The position numbers were made by a program, and so were the translations under genes. The notes beneath the pieces were generated by a model. The model worked only from the letters and a program-made list of their open reading frames with translations. It was not told the origin of the DNA and did not search any database. Of a stretch of DNA of 59,802 nucleotides, positions 56,942 to 59,802 are shown one piece after another (the stretch's first letter is position 1; each line of letters starts with the position of its first letter). This DNA is from Planctomycetota bacterium (lineage in GTDB: Bacteria; Planctomycetota; GCA-002687715; DRQF01), in assembly GCA_036479435.1 (NCBI GenBank), contig JAZGFI010000018.1, positions 1-59,802 on the forward strand, given 5' to 3'.

Positions 56942-59542
56942 ATGGTTCTGAATGTGGTCCTGAATACTACTAGCGGCTCATTGCCGCGTATCGCGTTTGC
57001 GATGATGCTCGTCATGAGTCTCGTCTTCAGCGCAGCCTGCTCTACTCAGCAGGACGACGCTGATGGCAACTCACCGGGCACGATGCGCTCGGTCGATACG
57101 TCGGGCAGCATGATGACGGAAACGCCGATGGCGTCGATGCAAGACAACTTGACGCCCGAGCAGCAAAAGCAGCGCGCCAAGATCCAAGTCTTGCTTCAAC
57201 AGGCGAACCGGCAGGTGACCAAGGGTGAGCTCCGAGATGCGAAGGCGACCTACGCTGAAGTGCTCGTGCTTGACTCCGGCAACCTGATGGTCAAAAACCG
57301 CATCGCAGAGATCGACCATGCGCTCGGTCTCGGCGGTGGCGATGCCCTGATGCAATCGGCAGCGCAGGTCAAACTGATGCGCCAGCGCCAGCAAGCCGAA
57401 GTCAACGACCGCTTCTCCAAGGCCACCCGGCTTTACTCGCTCGGCGAGTACAAAGACGCGGAAACCGAGTTGAAAGTCGCTGACACGCTGATGCGTTACG
57501 ACCCCTACAACACGAACTTCGGCGACAAAAAGCGCGACGTGGCGGATCTACTTGATCAGTCACACCGCCGCATCGAAGAAACCGAATCGGCCCGCGAAGC
57601 GCAGGCGATTGAAGACTCGTACAACGAGCTTCGCAGAGAAGAGAACTTGGACCAAGAGCGCAGGATCGCCAAGGTCCGCAATCTCATGGAGCGCGGCTTC
57701 CAGGCCTTCGAAGACCAAGACTTTGATCGCGCCGAGGACTTCGCTAAGCAGGTGCTTTACGAAGCGCCTACTTTCGCCAAGGCCAAGGATCTCCGCGACT
57801 TCTCGCGTCAGGCGCGTCACGCTGCTTGGCGTAAAACCTGGTACAAGCGTCGCCGCGAACAGCTTCAGGATTGGAAGCGCCAGATGCGCGAGACGCAGAT
57901 CCCCTGGCACCACATCCTTCAGTTTCCAGAGCGTGATGTTTGGGATCAGATTACGAAGCTCCGCAAGAACAAGGGCCGCAGTGCCGACGTTCGTGACGAC
58001 AGCGAGGCCGTCACGGCCTTGAAAAACCGTCTCGCCAACGAGCGGGTCACCTTTGACTTCTCGGACATGACAGTCGGTGAAGCCATCGACAACATCCGCG
58101 ACACCCAAAACGTCAACATCGTCTTGTCGAAGGCCGCACGCGACGAAAAGGGTGATGAGCCCGCCGAACTCACCGTCCGCGACCACAACTTCGGTGACTC
58201 GTTGAGCACGATGTTGGAGGACAAAGAACTCGCCTACGTGTTTAAGTACGACATGATCTTTGTCGTCGGCAAGACGGAGTCGACCGGTGCGGTCTACCCC
58301 GAGGTTTATGAAGTGCGCGACCTCACGGTTCAGCTTCCGAATTTCGTGGCTCCCGACTTGACCCTTCGCCCCGGCCCCGCCGGTGAAGAGGGAGCGGCGG
58401 CGGTTTTCGGTACCGAAGGCGATTCGGTTCGCGACACCGAGCCCGAGCTTCTGCTCGAACTCGTCCGCGACAACGTCGGCGTTGGTACCTGGGAAATCGA
58501 AGACCGCGACCTTCAGCTTGGCTCCGGTCAGCTCGTCGCGGTAACGACCCCCGATGTTCACCGTGAGATCGAGGCCTTTCTCGATGACCTGCGTCAGTTC
58601 ACCAAGATCGCCGTCCACGTTGAAACGCGCTTCATCTCGATTCGCGAAGGTCGATTGAATGAAATCGGCCTCGACATTCGCGGCACGGGTGGTTCGGCGC
58701 CGGGCAACATCGCTTTGCTCGACGACGTCACCAACGGCCAAGACGACAACGCCTCCGTGGGTAACGACAACAGTGGCCCCGGTCTTCCAGCCGGTGCCAG
58801 CCAGAGCCCCGGCGCAGGCGCTTTCTTCAACAACAATGGAGAAACTGACTTCCGCGCCCGGACCGAGAACATCTTTAACCGCGCGTTGGGTGGCTTTTTG
58901 TCGAGCACGGGTGGAGCCTCCGTTGGCTTTGCCTTCTTGGACGACCTCGAGTTGAACACGGTCTTCACCGCGGTTGAGAAGTCGGCCTTCGCCAACGTTC
59001 TTCGTGCGCCGAGCTTGACCATCTACAACAACCAACGCGCCAACCTCACTCTGGTGAATCAAGTCACCTACGTGAAGGATTACGACGTTGAAGTCGCGCA
59101 GACGGCTTTCATTGCTGACCCCCTGGTCGACATCATTCAGGACGGTCTTGTCCTGGACGTGCGCCCGACCGTCAGTCATGACCGCCGCTACGTGACCCTT
59201 GAGCTCCGCCCGACAGTGGCGGTTCTCGGTCGCCCGATTCAGACCTTCGTGACGCCGCTCGCTGGCCTGACCACCTCGGTCACCATCGAGCTGCCGGAAC
59301 TCCAGTACCGCTCGGCTTCGACCACGGTCAAGGTTCCGGATCGCGGCCACGTCGTGATCGGCGGTCTGAAGAACATCACCACGGTTGACCGTCGCTCCGA
59401 AACGCCCATTCTTTCGCAGATCCCGATTCTGTCCTTCTTCTTCTCGAAGAAGGGTCGCTCGGATGAGCTCTCTGACCTGCTCATCATCCTGAGCGTCGAA
59501 ATCGTCGACCTCGAGGAAGCCGAGAACAACCTCAGCCGTTAG
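56942..59542 (+). CDS. Secretin 2 (paralogue of secretin 1; lipoprotein with TPRs)
   Basis: Lipobox SAAC; VHVETRFI, APSLTIYNNQRA, GLVLDVRP, TTVKVPD, TPILSQIPIL. Confidence 0.9.
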   Translation: MVLNVVLNTTSGSLPRIAFAMMLVMSLVFSAACSTQQDDADGNSPGTMRSVDTSGSMMTETPMASMQDNLTPEQQKQRAKIQVLLQQANRQVTKGELRDAKATYAEVLVLDSGNLMVKNRIAEIDHALGLGGGDALMQSAAQVKLMRQRQQAEVNDRFSKATRLYSLGEYKDAETELKVADTLMRYDPYNTNFGDKKRDVADLLDQSHRRIEETESAREAQAIEDSYNELRREENLDQERRIAKVRNLMERGFQAFEDQDFDRAEDFAKQVLYEAPTFAKAKDLRDFSRQARHAAWRKTWYKRRREQLQDWKRQMRETQIPWHHILQFPERDVWDQITKLRKNKGRSADVRDDSEAVTALKNRLANERVTFDFSDMTVGEAIDNIRDTQNVNIVLSKAARDEKGDEPAELTVRDHNFGDSLSTMLEDKELAYVFKYDMIFVVGKTESTGAVYPEVYEVRDLTVQLPNFVAPDLTLRPGPAGEEGAAAVFGTEGDSVRDTEPELLLELVRDNVGVGTWEIEDRDLQLGSGQLVAVTTPDVHREIEAFLDDLRQFTKIAVHVETRFISIREGRLNEIGLDIRGTGGSAPGNIALLDDVTNGQDDNASVGNDNSGPGLPAGASQSPGAGAFFNNNGETDFRARTENIFNRALGGFLSSTGGASVGFAFLDDLELNTVFTAVEKSAFANVLRAPSLTIYNNQRANLTLVNQVTYVKDYDVEVAQTAFIADPLVDIIQDGLVLDVRPTVSHDRRYVTLELRPTVAVLGRPIQTFVTPLAGLTTSVTIELPELQYRSASTTVKVPDRGHVVIGGLKNITTVDRRSETPILSQIPILSFFFSKKGRSDELSDLLIILSVEIVDLEEAENNLSR

Positions 59543-59562
59543 TCTCGCCTTCGATACCATCT

Positions 59563-59601
59563 AAGAGCCCCCACCAGCGACTGCTCGTGGGGGCTCTTTT
59601 T
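59563..59601 (+). terminator. Intrinsic terminator after secretin 2
   Basis: AAGAGCCCCCAC...GTGGGGGCTCTTTTT. Confidence 0.85.
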
Positions 59602-59625
59602 ATGGCGGCGAACTGGATCAAAGGG

Positions 59626-59681
59626 TAGTGAAAATCGTCTGACGCGAACCTTGAGGGTTAAACCCTGTAAGTTCGCGTCAG
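59626..59681. repeat. Palindromic REP/MITE-like element
   Basis: CTGACGCGAAC...AGGGTT-A-AACCCT...GTTCGCGTCAG hairpin; left arm begins TAGTGAAAATCGT. Confidence 0.7.
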
Positions 59682-59802
59682 TGCGCTGGGAAAGCTCAGT
59701 CAAGGAGTACGAAATGACTTAGTCAGATCTGAAACTTTGTTCGAAACCCTATGGGTACCCAATCCCATCCGGCCAAGGTCGACCACCAGCTGGAACCGAG
59801 TG

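Noticed and set aside
57560..59560. 666-aa minus-strand ORF
   Set aside because: Antisense shadow of secretin 2, caused by high-GC codon bias; no motifs. The same applies to 45127-46167, 29071-30174 and 25437-26210.
54570..59681. Composite transposon
   Set aside because: No transposase or target-site duplication was recognised, and the TAGTG ends face the cassette rather than the flanks.
59690..59802. Partial minus-strand gene at the window edge
   Set aside because: Too short to assign a frame or product.

Overview
High-GC bacterial chromosomal window with no tRNA, rRNA, CRISPR or transposase recognised. Inferred lineage is Planctomycetota-like, based on a dcw cluster without ftsA/ftsZ, a PilM-PilN-type fusion, TPR-containing lipoprotein secretins and a 'TLPSH' sulfatase-TPR. 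In order: SAM methyltransferase; probable Fic pseudogene; upp; a rearranged dcw cluster (mraZ-rsmH-ftsL-ftsI-orf54-murE-murF-ftsW-orf83?-lysM-orf139-murC-murB-orf80-ftsQ-like-membrane protein; no mraY, murD, murG, ddl, ftsA or ftsZ here); rplM-rpsI; a minus-strand metG-histidine kinase-comEC run; coaD-ridA-zinc-ribbon/TPR gene; an Opp/Dpp ABC transporter with four ATPase genes and a repeat lipoprotein; a GT2 plus Nudix-like pair; mtaB; and an ~18 kb envelope-machine locus. That locus holds a degenerate PilM/N, a PilO-like protein, an FN3 protein, secretin 1, two exported TPR proteins, ExbB/TolQ plus two ExbD/TolR, a sulfatase-TPR and secretin 2, but no pilin, extension ATPase or TonB. It is the best candidate for an undescribed system, possibly a proton-motive-force-coupled dual-secretin apparatus. 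The next best candidates are the small unknown genes embedded in the FtsZ-less dcw cluster. All calls come from motif recognition by eye; no database searches were run.
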